From Eledone cirrhosa (Eukaryota): a stretch of DNA of 64,000 nucleotides. The number at the start of each line of letters is the position of its first letter. Position 1 is the stretch's first letter. The notes beneath the pieces are model-generated. The model saw only the letters and a list, made by a program, of their open reading frames with translations, searched no databases and was not told where the DNA came from. Position numbers and translations under genes: made by a program. This document shows positions 62,901 to 64,000 of the stretch, in pieces. Location: contig OZ024763.1 in assembly GCA_964016885.1 (NCBI GenBank), forward strand, positions 24,118,001 through 24,182,000, given 5' to 3'.

Positions 62901-64000
62901 TCTCTTCCGATCAACACTCTCCTCCTCTCTCTATATTATACAGTCTTTCTCTTCCGATCAACACTATCCCTCACTCTCTATATTATATAGTCTTTCTCTT
63001 CCGATCAACACTCTCCCCCTCTCTCTATATTATATAGTCTTTCTCTTCCGATCAACACTATCCCCCTCTCTCTATATTATATAGTCTTTCTCTTCCGATC
63101 AACACTCTCCCCCTCTCTCTATATTATATAGTATTTCTCTTCCGATCAACACTCTCACTCTCTCTCTATATTATATAGTCTTTCTCTTACGATTAACTCT
63201 CTCCCTCTCTCTATATATTATATAGTCTTTCTCTTCCGATCAACACTCTCCCTCTCTCTATATATATTATATAGTCTTTCTCTTCCGATCAACACTCTCC
63301 CTCTCTCTATATATTAATAGTCTTTCTCTTCCGATCAACACTCTCCCTCTCTCTCTATATTACAGTCTTTCTCTTCCGATCAACTCTCTCCGCCTCTCTC
63401 TATATTATATAGTCTTTCTCTTCCGATCAAATCTCTCCCCCTCTCTCTATATTATATAATCTTTCTCTTCCGAACAACTCACACCCCCTCTCTATATATT
63501 ATATAGTCTTTCTCTTCCGATCAACACTCTCCCCCTCTCTCTCTATTATATAGTCTTTCTCTTCCGATCAACACTCTCCCCCTCTCTATATATTATATAG
63601 TCTTTCTCTTCCGATCAACACTATCCCCCTCTCTCTATATTATATAGTCTTTCTCTTCCGATCAACACTCTCCCCCTCTCTCTATATTATATAGTATTTC
63701 TCTTCCGATCAACACTCTCCCCCTCTCTCTATATTATATAGTCTTTCTCTTCCGATCAACTCTCTCCCCCTCTCTCTATATTATATAGTCTTTCTCTTCC
63801 GTTCATCTAACTCCCCCTCTTTCTATATTATATAGTCTTTCTCTTCCGATCAACTAACTCCCCCTCTCTATATATTATATAGTCTTTCTCCTCCAATCAA
63901 CTCACTCCCCCTCTCTATATATTATATAGTCTTTCTCTTCCGATCAACACTCTCCCTCTCTCTATATATTATATAGTCTTTCTCTTCCGATCAACTCTCT
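53926..64000. repeat. 47-bp satellite array (>210 units, continues past the window end)
   Basis: Unit TATTATATAGTCTTTCTCTTCCGATCAACWCTCTCCCCCTCTCTCTA; period 47. Confidence 0.98.

Noticed and set aside
53926-64000. CRISPR-like constant repeat plus variable spacer, also considered for the 47-49-bp arrays
   Set aside because: Spacers are near-identical low-complexity variants, there are no cas genes, and the context is eukaryotic

Overview
Eukaryotic, gene-free, repeat-saturated DNA. The SINE and RTE tails resemble those I recall from octopus/cephalopod genomes (inference). The only real coding sequence is retrotransposon-derived: two near-identical tandem full-length L1/Tx1-clade LINEs on the minus strand (5943-bp period), plus 3' fragments of an RTE LINE and a CR1-type LINE. 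The rest is (TA)n/(CA)n/(GA)n microsatellite, three 47-49-bp satellite arrays amplified from an internal segment of a tRNA/CORE SINE, a 10-kb 47-bp satellite and a 200-N gap. The least obvious signal is a set of about five families of short non-coding elements carrying type I hammerhead ribozyme motifs. One fully canonical hammerhead is present twice, inside a 380-bp inverted repeat. These elements end at (TA)n, often fold back at hammerhead stem II, and one copy starts exactly at the predicted cleavage site. This pattern fits Penelope-like (Naiad/Neptune-type) pLTR or retrozyme-like RNAs. Almost all other entries in the ORF track are repeat artefacts. All RNA folds were paired by eye, not computed.
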